Positions 31,178 through 40,668 of a DNA stretch of 64,000 nucleotides are shown in pieces. The DNA is from an uncultured Gemmatimonadales bacterium (GTDB lineage Bacteria > Gemmatimonadota > Gemmatimonadetes > Gemmatimonadales > GWC2-71-9): assembly GCA_963739455.1 (NCBI GenBank), contig CAVUAK010000001.1, positions 352,001-416,000 on the forward strand, given 5' to 3'. Both the position numbers and the translations under genes were made by a program. Numbering within the stretch: the stretch's first letter is position 1; the number at the start of each line of letters is the position of its first letter. The notes under the pieces were generated by a model. The model was not told the origin of the DNA. It saw only the letters and a program-made list of their open reading frames with translations, and made no database searches.

Positions 31178-31633
31178 TCAGCCCTTCTTGCGTGTTCCCG
31201 TCACCGGTCTCGGCTCCTGGGGCCCTGCATCGGGGCTGTCGATCTGCCGCGCTACCGTACCCTCGAGACCGTCGCCCTTCGCCCGCAGCACCCAGGTACT
31301 CACCACGCTGGCTTCGTGCTCGGCGCCGTTGACGTTGATGGTGGCCTTGCTGTGCGCAAGGAACGTGGCCTCGCCGGCACTCGCCCTCGCCGCAAGCCGC
31401 ATCGGTGGCCGCGATGGCATGTCGGGAGCGGGAGTGGGCGCCAGCATCCCGATCAGCGAATCGCCGGCGGCCTCGACGGTGAGCGTGCCAGTCCCCATGA
31501 TGGGAGTTGCGACGCCGTCCTCGATCCGCATTCCGGCCTGAAAGTTGACTTGCCACGTGCCAACCAGGGACTGATTCTGCGCCTGCAGCGTGCCGCTGCA
31601 CAGCATGAGTACCGCTAGCAGTTTTTTCGTCAT
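31178..31633 (-). CDS. Secreted hypothetical protein (lipocalin-like LVGTW motif)
   Basis: Signal peptide MTKKLLAVLMLCSGTLQAQ; SD GGGAG. Confidence 0.65.
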   Translation of the reverse strand: MTKKLLAVLMLCSGTLQAQNQSLVGTWQVNFQAGMRIEDGVATPIMGTGTLTVEAAGDSLIGMLAPTPAPDMPSRPPMRLAARASAGEATFLAHSKATINVNGAEHEASVVSTWVLRAKGDGLEGTVARQIDSPDAGPQEPRPVTGTRKKG

Positions 31634-31705
31634 ATCTCCCTGATGCCTGAGGCGGGCGGGCCGTCGCAACTGGCGTTCATGTCACGAAGGATAGGCTGGG
31701 GCCCG

Positions 31706-32638
31706 ATGAATACCCTCAAGCTCCTTGGCACGGCCCGCCATTTGTTCCCCCTGAACGCACTGTTGTTGGTGGCCGGGTGTCGTTCCGCCCCTGAGGCGCC
31801 AGTCGAGCCTGTCGCATTCGACTTGCCACCCAACACGAACGCGTCGCCGGTGGACTACGAGCCGTCCTGGTCGCCCGATGGTACGCACCTGGCATTCATT
31901 TCCAATCGGGACGGCCCGCTCAACGTATACACCGTGCGTGTCGATGGCACTGGCCTGACTCGGCTCACGAGTGGTACCGCCGAGGACGACTCGCCTTCCT
32001 GGTCGCCCGATGGACGAAGCATCGCGTTCGTCTCCACCCGGGACGGTAATCCCGAGATCTACCGGATGAATGCCGATGGGTCTGGAGCGGTGCGCCTGAC
32101 GGACGACCCCGGGATCGACATTCATCCGATGTGGGCGCCCGATGGCCAGTCGATCATCTGGAACTCTTCGCGCCACGCCCACAATGCGTCGGAGCCCGAC
32201 GTGTTCGAGATCCTGGCGATGGCGCCCGATGGAACGCCGATCGGGCAACTCACCGAGGGCGGTGTGGCCACCTATGCGTCGTGGTCACCCGATGGCGCGC
32301 TGCTCCTCTACCGGCGCCAGGTGACAGACAGCAACTCGGAGGTTGTGGTCAAGCACCCCGGCGGCGCCGAGATGAACCTCACGCGCAACGCCGCCTTCGA
32401 CGGCTGGCCGTCGTGGTCCGCGGATCGCGGGCAGGTGGTGTTCGCACGCGAACACGGTGACGAGGCAACGATCATGGTGATGGACACCGACGGAGCCGCG
32501 GCGGCTCCCCTCTCGACACTGCCCGGTCGGTGGACCAACCCCCGCTGGTCACCGGACGGAAGCCAGATCGTGGCTTCGAGACGCGATGGGTCCGGCGTCC
32601 ATCTCTACCTCATTCGGCCGCCCTCGCGCGCACGCTGA
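31706..32638 (+). CDS. TolB-like PD40 beta-propeller lipoprotein
   Basis: Lipobox VAGC; multiple PSWSPDG..IAF.S.RDG repeats. Confidence 0.88.
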   Translation: MNTLKLLGTARHLFPLNALLLVAGCRSAPEAPVEPVAFDLPPNTNASPVDYEPSWSPDGTHLAFISNRDGPLNVYTVRVDGTGLTRLTSGTAEDDSPSWSPDGRSIAFVSTRDGNPEIYRMNADGSGAVRLTDDPGIDIHPMWAPDGQSIIWNSSRHAHNASEPDVFEILAMAPDGTPIGQLTEGGVATYASWSPDGALLLYRRQVTDSNSEVVVKHPGGAEMNLTRNAAFDGWPSWSADRGQVVFAREHGDEATIMVMDTDGAAAAPLSTLPGRWTNPRWSPDGSQIVASRRDGSGVHLYLIRPPSRAR

Positions 32639-32695
32639 CACAAGAAGCCATTCGTGTACGTCCGATGTCAGACCCATTCCGGAGATCCTGCACGC

Positions 32696-33696
32696 ATGCG
32701 CCCTGATTTTCGACTCCTGGCAGTGTCCTGCGCGGTCCTCGTCGGCACATCAGCCCAGCGTCGCCGCGCACAGGGCCTCAAGAGCGGCAACCTGCTCGTC
32801 GCCAACCAGGAGGCGGCCAGCGCCTCGCTTGATCGACCTTCGCACCGACAGCATGCGACTCATCCCGGTCGGCATCGGCCCGCACGAGGCCGCGATCTCG
32901 CCCAGCGGGCGCACCGGGGTGGTGACGATCTATGGCCAGCGACCGGCCGGCAACGAGCTCGCCGATCATCGATATCGCGTCGGGCACCGTCACGCGAACC
33001 ATCTTCGCTCGGCCAGTACACCCGCCCGCATGGGGTGGTCTTCATGCCGGGCAATGAGAGCCAGGTGGTGGTCACCTCCGAGTCCACCGGCAACGTCGTC
33101 ATCGTGGACCTCGAGCCAGCGGCACGGTCGAGGCGGCGATCCCGACCGAGGCGAAGGGCTCGCACATGGCAGCCATCACCGCCGACGGGAAGCGCGTGTT
33201 CACCTCGAACGTCGGGTCCGGGAGCGTATCCGAGATCGACCTCGTCGATCGCAAGTTCGTGCGCGCAATTCCCGTGGCGCCGCAGGTCGAGGGCATCGCC
33301 GTGACACCCGACGGCAAGCTCGTGTTCGCCGGGAGCAACACCGACGGCACGGTCAGCATCATCGATACCGGTACCGGCACCATCGTCACCACGCTGCGCG
33401 GCTTCAAGCTGCCGTATCGCCTCGCCGTCTCCGCCGATGGGCGCACGGCCATCGCATGTGATCCCGACGGTGGGGCCATTCATGTCATCGATGTCGCTAT
33501 GCGCGCCGTGGCGTGGAAGCTCGATGGACTCGCCTCTCCACGGGGCGTCAGCATCGCGCCCGACGGCCGTACGGCGTTCGTCACCCTCGCCGACGATCCT
33601 TCGGTGGGCCTGGTGGACATGACCACGCACAAGCTGGTGCGGACGATCACCGTGGGGGCATCGCCCGACGGCGTGGGGTACGGTCCCACGCCGTAA
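32696..33696 (+). CDS. YncE/YVTN-type beta-propeller protein (several frameshifts in the 5' half)
   Basis: VG.GPHE, RPHG, GIAVTPDG, G.VS.ID, VGASPDG repeats across ORFs 32654, 32586 and 33166. Confidence 0.75.
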
Positions 33697-33740
33697 GTCC
33701 GTTGGCGGTGGGCGGCCCGATGCGATAGACTCTTGGCAGC

Positions 33741-34362
33741 ATGGATACCCTTCAGCTCCTGGGACTGGCACTCGGCACGGCCTTCGCGGCCGGGCTCAAT
33801 GTCTATGCGACGGTCGCCATACTCGGCGCGTCGCAGTACTTCCATCTTTTCGCACTGCCTGCCGGTCTCGGGCGTCCTGGGGCACCCCGTGGTGATCTTC
33901 GGGGCCGCCGTCCTCTTCTTCATCGAGTTCTTTGCCGACAAGGTCCCCTATGTCGATACCGTCTGGGACTCGATCCACACCCTGATCCGGCCCGCCGTCG
34001 CGGCGGGCCTCAGCTTTGGCATCTTCTCCGACATGCCGGAGGCATGGAAGGTGGTGGCGGCGCTCGTGGGTGGATCGGTGGCGCTCACATCACATGGTGC
34101 GAAGGCGGTCACCCGCACGGCAGCGAACGCGAGCCCCGAGCCGTTCAGCAACTGGATTCTCAGCGTGTTCGAGGATGCAGTGGCAGTCGGTCTCACCACG
34201 CTGGCGATGTCGCACCCGATCGTGGCTGGAGTCGTCGCGGTGGTGTTCGTGGTCATTGCCGTGCTGGTGATCCGGCGAGTGGTGCGGTTCTTCAAGCGCG
34301 CCTTCGCAAACGTGGGCGCCGACGTGCCGTTGGCCGAGTTGCCGCCTCCTCCCGTCCCCTGA
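33741..34362 (+). CDS. DUF4126 membrane protein (frameshift near 33870)
   Basis: AAGLNVYATV, EFFADKVPYVD..WD.IHT.IRP, SPEPFSNW..S..ED. Confidence 0.85.
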
Positions 34363-34375
34363 AGGTCCCCGGTCC

Positions 34376-35500
34376 ATGAAGGTTGTAATAGTTGGCGCGG
34401 GCTTCGGCGGGCTCGAGACAGCCGCCTGTCTCTCCGAGGCGCTTGGCGACAAGATCGACGTGACTCTGATCGACAAGAGCGACAGCTTTGTCTTCGGCTT
34501 TTCCAAGCTCGATGTGATGTTCGGCCGGGCCGCGCCGGCGGCGGTTCAAGTTCCCTACCGTGCGATCAGCAAGACAGGCGTCACGTTCAGGCAGGAAGAG
34601 GTCACGGCAATCGACCCGGTGGCCCGCCGTGTCGTGACGAACCGCGCCACCTACGATGCCGACATCCTGGTCGTTGCCCTGGGCGCGGACTACAACGTGG
34701 CCGCGACGCCGGGCCTCGCCGAGGCCGGGCACGAGTTCTACTCGGTGGCGGGGGCGACAAGGCTTCGCGACATCCTGCCGGAATTCGAGGGAGGCACGGT
34801 GGTGGTCGGCGTCATGACACCGCACTACAAGTGTCCGCCCGCGCCGAGTGAGACGGCGATGCTGATGCACGACTACCTGACGGCGCGCGGCCTCCGCGAT
34901 CGTTCCCGCATCATCCTCGTCACCCCGTTTCCGTCACCGCTCCCGGTGTCGAAGGCCGCAGGCGACGGCGTCCTGGCGCGCTTCGCTGAGCTGGGGATCG
35001 AGTGTGTGTCCGGCGCCATCGTCACGCGAGTCGATGCCGCGACGCGTACACTCCGGCTCGCGGCAGGCGACCCGATTCCCTTTGACCTGTTGCTCGCGGT
35101 GCCCGTCCACGTCGCGCCAGGGGTGGTGCTGGAATCCGGGCTGGCCGAGGGCGGCTGGATCCCCGTCAACCGGGCTACCCTGGAGACTCGCTTCCCCGGT
35201 GTGTACGCAATCGGTGACGTGACCAGCGTGGGCACGCCGCGCGCAGGGATCTTCGCCGAGGGCGCCGGGAAGGTGGTCGCGGCCGGGATCATTGCCCGTG
35301 CGCAAGGCGGCGACACGTCCGCCTACAAGGGCGACGGTCACTGCTACATCGAGTTTGGCGGAAACCAGATCGCGGAGGTGTACGTCAACTTTCTCGGTGG
35401 GCCCAAGCCGACGAGTGACTTCAAGGGTGCCACCCCGCAGGGTGTTGCCGACAAGCGGCTCTTCGGCTCGACCCGCAAGGCCCGCTGGTTTGGCTTGTAA
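34376..35500 (+). CDS. Sulfide:quinone oxidoreductase-like FAD-dependent oxidoreductase
   Basis: VVIVGAGFGG, YKCPPAP.E, VYAIGD, second Cys in G.CYIEFG, K....W C-terminus. Confidence 0.8.
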   Translation: MKVVIVGAGFGGLETAACLSEALGDKIDVTLIDKSDSFVFGFSKLDVMFGRAAPAAVQVPYRAISKTGVTFRQEEVTAIDPVARRVVTNRATYDADILVVALGADYNVAATPGLAEAGHEFYSVAGATRLRDILPEFEGGTVVVGVMTPHYKCPPAPSETAMLMHDYLTARGLRDRSRIILVTPFPSPLPVSKAAGDGVLARFAELGIECVSGAIVTRVDAATRTLRLAAGDPIPFDLLLAVPVHVAPGVVLESGLAEGGWIPVNRATLETRFPGVYAIGDVTSVGTPRAGIFAEGAGKVVAAGIIARAQGGDTSAYKGDGHCYIEFGGNQIAEVYVNFLGGPKPTSDFKGATPQGVADKRLFGSTRKARWFGL

Positions 35501-35539
35501 CCAGCCCGTACGAAATTCCAACCGGAGTAGGTGTCACCC

Positions 35540-35818
35540 ATGGCAAGATTTCTCATCGAAGTGCCCCACGAAGACTCGATCGACGTCTGTCTGCGGACCG
35601 TGGACGTCTTTCTCCGGTCCGGATCCCATTTCCTGAGCCATGCGGACTGGGGATGCAGGGACGGCGACCACAAGGCGTGGCTCGTCGTGGACGTCGAGAA
35701 TCGTGATGAGGCCTCCAACATCATTCCGCCGATGTTCCGCGCACAGGCGCGGATCGTCCAGCTCAATTCGTTTACGATGGCGGAGATCGAGCACATGATG
35801 AGAGCCCGCGAGGGGTAG
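35540..35818 (+). CDS. Small hypothetical protein with two Cys
   Basis: 92-aa ORF with SD-like GGAG, tightly spaced between SQR and PEP-mutase genes. Confidence 0.7.
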   Translation: MARFLIEVPHEDSIDVCLRTVDVFLRSGSHFLSHADWGCRDGDHKAWLVVDVENRDEASNIIPPMFRAQARIVQLNSFTMAEIEHMMRAREG

Positions 35819-35821
35819 GGT

Positions 35822-36709
35822 GTGATCCCTCGCACGACCCTGTTCCGCAAGCTTCACGAGGCCGGGTGCTTCGTGATCCCGAACCCATGGGACCTTGGAA
35901 GCGCGAAGCTTCTCGTACAGCTCGGCTTCCCTGCCCTCGCCACCACCAGTTCCGGGTTCGCATGGTCCCTTGGACGTCCCGACAACCACGTATCGCTGGA
36001 TGAGTGCCTGGCCCACCTGCGCTTGATCGCGCAGGGCGTTGCTGTTCCGGTGAATGCAGATTTCGAGGGCGGCTTCGCCGTGGAACCGGAACAGGTGGCT
36101 GCGAACGTGGCGGCCGCGACGGCCACTGGTATCGCAGGATTGTCGATCGAGGACTCGACCGGCAGTGCAGCAAGGCCACTGTTCGATTTTCCGCTTGCGC
36201 TCGAGCGCGTACAGGCGGCGCGACGCGCGATCGATGCGAGTGGAACGGGAATCCTGCTCACCGCCCGATCGGAAGGCTTCGTCGTCGGCCGCCCTGATCT
36301 TGCTGAGACGATACGTCGCCTCACGGCCTATGCTGAGGCGGGCGCCGATTGCCTCTTCGCACCCGGCATCCGCAGTCCGTCCGACATCGCGGCCGTCGTC
36401 AAGGCCGTGGCGCCCAAGCCGGTCAATGTGCTGGTCGGCGGTGACTTCACTACCGTGCAGCAGCTCGCCGATGCAGGAGTGCGACGCATCAGCGTTGGCG
36501 GCGCGCTGGCGCGCGCCGCCTGGACAGGCTTCCTCCACGCCGCCCGGGAGATCGTCGAACACGGGACCTTCGCTGGCCTCGCACGTGCAACGCCATCGGC
36601 CGAGATCAACGGGGCATTCGAGATGATCCGGCCTCCAGCCGACCTGCCGCCCGGCGTGGACGCCATCACTCGGTCCCTCGGGCCCGCGTGTGAGCAGTAC
36701 GCCGGTTGA
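35822..36709 (+). CDS. Isocitrate lyase/PEP mutase family protein
   Basis: PNPWD.GSA, ATTSSG, VNADFEGGF, GLSIED, AYAEAGADCLFAPG, RISVG. Confidence 0.92.
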   Translation: MIPRTTLFRKLHEAGCFVIPNPWDLGSAKLLVQLGFPALATTSSGFAWSLGRPDNHVSLDECLAHLRLIAQGVAVPVNADFEGGFAVEPEQVAANVAAATATGIAGLSIEDSTGSAARPLFDFPLALERVQAARRAIDASGTGILLTARSEGFVVGRPDLAETIRRLTAYAEAGADCLFAPGIRSPSDIAAVVKAVAPKPVNVLVGGDFTTVQQLADAGVRRISVGGALARAAWTGFLHAAREIVEHGTFAGLARATPSAEINGAFEMIRPPADLPPGVDAITRSLGPACEQYAG

Positions 36710-36772
36710 AACGTCCTCAGTAGCGGGTAGGTTTCGGGTGTCCCCTATCCGTCACCGTCATGTCCCCGGTGC

Positions 36773-38770
36773 ATGTCCATGATCGACCTGCACGTCCTTG
36801 GCGCCCTGGTCGTCCGCGCGGAACACGGCGACACGCCCGCGGGCGGCCTTACCCAGCCCAAGCGGCTGGCGCTCCTCCTCTACCTGGCGCTGTCCCAGCC
36901 GTACGGGCTCCATGCGCGCGACCAGCTGCTGGCCCTGCTGTGGCCGGACGCTGATGACGCCTCATCCCGTCATTCACTGAGGAATGCGCTCCATGCGCTC
37001 CGGCAGGCCCTCGGCGACGAGGCCGTCGTCGCGCGTGGCGACTTGTATGTCGGCCTCGATCTCGATGCATTCCGCTGTGACGCGCACGCCCTGCGCGCGC
37101 ACATCGGGGCGGGGCGGCTGGATGAGGCGGTCGCCCTGTGGAAGGGTGACCTGGCCCCAGGGTTCCACGTCTCGGGAGCCCCGGAGTTCGAGCGCTGGCT
37201 GGATGACCAGCGGTCGGAGTTGCGGCGCGCGGTGCGCGCGGCGGCCTGGCAACGCAGCCAGCAGCTGGCGGGCACCGGGCAAGCCGAGAGCGACGCGGTC
37301 CGGAGGGCACTTCAGCTCGACCCCGGGAACGAGCCTGGCGCGCGAAGGCTCATGCGCATGCTGGACGCAGCCGGGGACCGCGGTGGCGCGCTGCGGGTCT
37401 ACCGTGAGCTGTGCGACTACCTCGCCCGGGAGCTGGAGACGCAGCCGTCAGCTGAGACGAGTGCCCTGGCCGGTACGCTTCGCGCCGCACCGGTCGCTTC
37501 GCGCCCGACGCCGGCGCCGCCCGCCTGGCAACCGACCGTCGCAATGTCACCGGTCGCCGGCGGCACGCCCCCGGTTCCGGTCCGGCGACCACTCGCCGGT
37601 GTGGCCGTGGCCGTCGGTGCCCTTGCTGTGCTCGCGCTGGGAGCGAGGGCGCGGTCGCCACATCGCACCGAGCTCGTGGTGCCCCGCGCTGGCACCGAGT
37701 CGGTGGCATCAGGCGAGGCCGGGCGCGCCATCCTGCTGCTGCCGGCGCGATATCGCGAGGACACCTCGGCGTACACGTCATACCTTCGCGGCCTCACGCT
37801 TCGGTTCCAGTTCCGCTTCCCCGAGTCGCGCGATACCTTCGCCGCGCTCGTGGCTCGCGAGCCGCTCTACGTGCCCGGGCTGTACGGCCTGGCCCACGCG
37901 TACATCTTCACGACCCTCAACGACCTCACGAGCGCCGAGGAAAGCTGGCCGAAGATCGACGCACTCGCGCGCCGTGCGCTCGCGCTCGACAGCACCGCGG
38001 CCAGCGCGTGGCTCGCACTCGCCGCAGCCGACATGTTCTATCGACCGAACCTGCCACGCGCCGCCGAACGAATCGCGCGAGCGCGACTGCTCGATTCGCT
38101 CGAGCCCGACGCGGCGAGCATGCAATCAGTCTGGTTCAGGTTCCACGGAGAAATGGACAGCGCAGTCGCCGCGGCGCAGCGCGCGCACCGGCTTGATCCC
38201 CTGAGCGCCTTCTTCGCCCGCCTGGTCGGCAAGCAGCTCTACTTCGCGCGGCGGTATGAGGAGTCGCGGGTCGTGTATGAGGGAATGTTGCGGGATGATC
38301 CAGGATGGAAGCGCGGCTACGTGGACATTTCGCAGCTCTATCGTGCGATGGGAAGGCCACGCGATGCGGTGGAGTGGTTGCGTCGCGCCGCCGCCGCGAC
38401 AGGAGACTCGGCGAGGGCCGCGGCGCTGACGACCCCGTCCACCGATGCCGAGGCGCGCCGAATGCTCGCCGCCGACTCACGCCGCGTCATTGCCCGGCTC
38501 AACCGCGCCACCCAGGCCGGTGCTCCCGTGCCGCCCTCTCACTACGCCGAGGCCTTCGCCGGGCTGGGTGACACCGAGGCAACCCTGAAGTGGCTCGACG
38601 CGATGATTGCATACCATGACACATACCTGGCCCAGATCCGCGTCGATCCGCTGTTTGACTTCGTGAGGAACGATCCGCGATACCAGGCATGGGAAGCGCG
38701 ATCCGGCCTCCCGCCTCTCGCGCCATCGGCGATCGCGCAGCAAACGCCGGTCGCACACACACCTTCATAG
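36773..38770 (+). CDS. SARP/BTAD-family transcriptional regulator with TM segment and C-terminal TPRs
   Basis: QPKRLALL.YL, RD.L..LLWP, SLRNAL..LR, EFERWLD, P.NE...RLM, L..ELE..PS; TPR-like C-terminus ending DP.FD..R.DPR. Confidence 0.85.
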   Translation: MSMIDLHVLGALVVRAEHGDTPAGGLTQPKRLALLLYLALSQPYGLHARDQLLALLWPDADDASSRHSLRNALHALRQALGDEAVVARGDLYVGLDLDAFRCDAHALRAHIGAGRLDEAVALWKGDLAPGFHVSGAPEFERWLDDQRSELRRAVRAAAWQRSQQLAGTGQAESDAVRRALQLDPGNEPGARRLMRMLDAAGDRGGALRVYRELCDYLARELETQPSAETSALAGTLRAAPVASRPTPAPPAWQPTVAMSPVAGGTPPVPVRRPLAGVAVAVGALAVLALGARARSPHRTELVVPRAGTESVASGEAGRAILLLPARYREDTSAYTSYLRGLTLRFQFRFPESRDTFAALVAREPLYVPGLYGLAHAYIFTTLNDLTSAEESWPKIDALARRALALDSTAASAWLALAAADMFYRPNLPRAAERIARARLLDSLEPDAASMQSVWFRFHGEMDSAVAAAQRAHRLDPLSAFFARLVGKQLYFARRYEESRVVYEGMLRDDPGWKRGYVDISQLYRAMGRPRDAVEWLRRAAAATGDSARAAALTTPSTDAEARRMLAADSRRVIARLNRATQAGAPVPPSHYAEAFAGLGDTEATLKWLDAMIAYHDTYLAQIRVDPLFDFVRNDPRYQAWEARSGLPPLAPSAIAQQTPVAHTPS

Positions 38771-38787
38771 CACACCTCGGCCGGCGA

Positions 38788-38817
38788 CGACCCCATGCCA
38801 CCTGTGGCATGGGGTCG
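38788..38817. terminator. 13-bp hairpin between convergent genes
   Basis: CGACCCCATGCCA / TGGCATGGGGTCG, loop CCTG; no U-tract. Confidence 0.55.
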
Positions 38818-38829
38818 CCCGGTCGCTCG

Positions 38830-40242
38830 TCAATGGCCGAAGTGCCCGTGCGCCCGCTGCAGCGAATGATCCGCAACGTATCGCCCGACCTTCCGGCCCT
38901 GCTCGATCCCGACCACGGTAGCCTGACGGAAGAAGGCGCCGCCATAGACCTGCCCATCCGCTTCCTCCCGCACCGCTTGATCCACTGACCGGAAACTCCT
39001 GGGCTGGCCGGGCAAGGTCACCGATTCGAGCGTGAATCCGGTCGGACCGTCCAGATCGGCAAGGATCGCCTGCGCAGCCGCCTGGGCCGCAGCGACCGGC
39101 GCCGCGCTATGCGCCGGAAACGGTGGCGTGGGACCATTGGCTGCGATGGAGAAGGTCGAGACCTGCCAGGTGGGATCGCCCGGAGTCGCCGCGTCGAGGT
39201 TTCCGAGCCGGATCGCGGTGATCGGCCGCCAGAGATTGTAGTAGTACGCCGTCTCGAAGGCGGAAATGAGCGCGTCAGCGCGAGCGAGGGCGACGTGCGA
39301 AAGCAGGCGTGCCAGCCTCCATGCATTGAGCTGCCGCTTGGCGGCAAGCTGGCGGGCAATGGTGTTCCAGCTCTGCGGATGACCGCCGAGCCAGAAGTAT
39401 CCGATGTCGGTCTGCTCCTGCGTACGCTCCGATACCTGCCCACCCAGACGCTTGACCTCGGCATAGTCGGCGAGATAGCCCGGGGTCTGCACTGCGGCCG
39501 TCACGGTGGACGATCCGTACATCGGCGACGCCCGGAACTGCGAGCCCGTGGCCATGACGAAGGGACGCACGTTCCCCCAGTAAGGAATGGACTGGGGACC
39601 GGTCAGCGCCGTGGCGGTCGCGACGGTCGAGCGGAATTTTCCGGCTTCACCCGTGGAGGTGAACACCACCGCCGGCGGCCCCGAGGAGCCGTCGCCGGCG
39701 CGCAGCGCCAGCATGGCGGTCGCGGCATCGTGCCCGAGTGCCTTGCCGCGAGTCACTTCATCGCACTGGTCGAGCGCGGCCATGTAGTCGTTGTAGGCCT
39801 GGGTTATGAAGTTCAGCGCGTCCGGGGTCGGGAGACCCTGCCCGATCGACGCCAGCACTTCGTAGGTGCCGGTGGCGATCGCCGCCTCGACCGAGAGTGG
39901 GCGGGTCACGCGCCCATCGTACGCATACGGATCGAACCGGCGATCCACCGCGTTCAGCACATCGTGCATGGTGGTGTTGCCCATGGCCTGGATACGGCTC
40001 TCGGCTGGCGGGTTGGTGGCCGCCAGGGTGCTGAATTGGGCGATGTTGTCGTTCCACGTCTCCACTGCCTCGATGAGGTCGGCTCGGCGATGCCCGCCAC
40101 GCCATGCCATGGGGGCGATGTCGAGTTCCATCGACTGGGCTTCGTCACTCCCGGGTGGCTGCGCGCTCGGCTCGATGGGAGGCTGGTCATTGCATGCAGC
40201 CAGCCCCAGCAGAAGGGCCAATCCAGCCAGTTGGTTTCTCAT
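38830..40242 (-). CDS. Vanadium-dependent haloperoxidase/PAP2-fold lipoprotein with degenerate active site
   Basis: Lipobox LAAC; HD..NA, W..V.PF, Y.EVK.LG...S.RT.EQT..G.FW, YY.WRP.TAIR, R.F.S motifs. Confidence 0.8.
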   Translation of the reverse strand: MRNQLAGLALLLGLAACNDQPPIEPSAQPPGSDEAQSMELDIAPMAWRGGHRRADLIEAVETWNDNIAQFSTLAATNPPAESRIQAMGNTTMHDVLNAVDRRFDPYAYDGRVTRPLSVEAAIATGTYEVLASIGQGLPTPDALNFITQAYNDYMAALDQCDEVTRGKALGHDAATAMLALRAGDGSSGPPAVVFTSTGEAGKFRSTVATATALTGPQSIPYWGNVRPFVMATGSQFRASPMYGSSTVTAAVQTPGYLADYAEVKRLGGQVSERTQEQTDIGYFWLGGHPQSWNTIARQLAAKRQLNAWRLARLLSHVALARADALISAFETAYYYNLWRPITAIRLGNLDAATPGDPTWQVSTFSIAANGPTPPFPAHSAAPVAAAQAAAQAILADLDGPTGFTLESVTLPGQPRSFRSVDQAVREEADGQVYGGAFFRQATVVGIEQGRKVGRYVADHSLQRAHGHFGH

Positions 40243-40397
40243 GTGCTGTTCCCTCCAGGATATCGGACCCGGATCTGGGCCCCGTGAGCCATGCATTCCC
40301 CTACACTTCCGGAACGCGTGACTCGACGCAGAATTGGGCCATCTGGGACTGGAGGGACTCGGGACTTCGGGCGAGATACCTGCTCGTGCTGCGGTGA

Positions 40398-40652
40398 CTA
40401 CTCCCTCGGTTGGTTCAGCCGTGCTGCATCGCGCTGCTGCGCAAGCATCCGCTCGGCGAAGTCCAACCGCTCAGCGAGTTCACCCACCTGCTGGTGCAGT
40501 GCCTCGAAATCCTCCCGGCTCGGTCCGTCGCCGCCCCCATGCCTCGCCGTCTCCGCCCGCTCCTTCGACCGCTGGCTCAAGTAGGCAAAAAACATGGCCA
40601 GCGCGACCGTGCCGCCGATGATCAGGACCTTCAGGACACCTTCCATCTGCAT
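40398..40652 (-). CDS. Small single-TM protein with coiled-coil (ELAERLDFAERML)
   Basis: SD GGAGG; hydrophobic N-terminus; coiled-coil C-terminus. Confidence 0.7.
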   Translation of the reverse strand: MQMEGVLKVLIIGGTVALAMFFAYLSQRSKERAETARHGGGDGPSREDFEALHQQVGELAERLDFAERMLAQQRDAARLNQPRE

Positions 40653-40668
40653 CCTCCGATGACGCAGG

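Noticed and set aside
40345..40366. Three GGGACT copies upstream of the VHPO-like gene
   Set aside because: Irregular spacing and short length; cannot be distinguished from chance, though it could be a decayed array or an operator.
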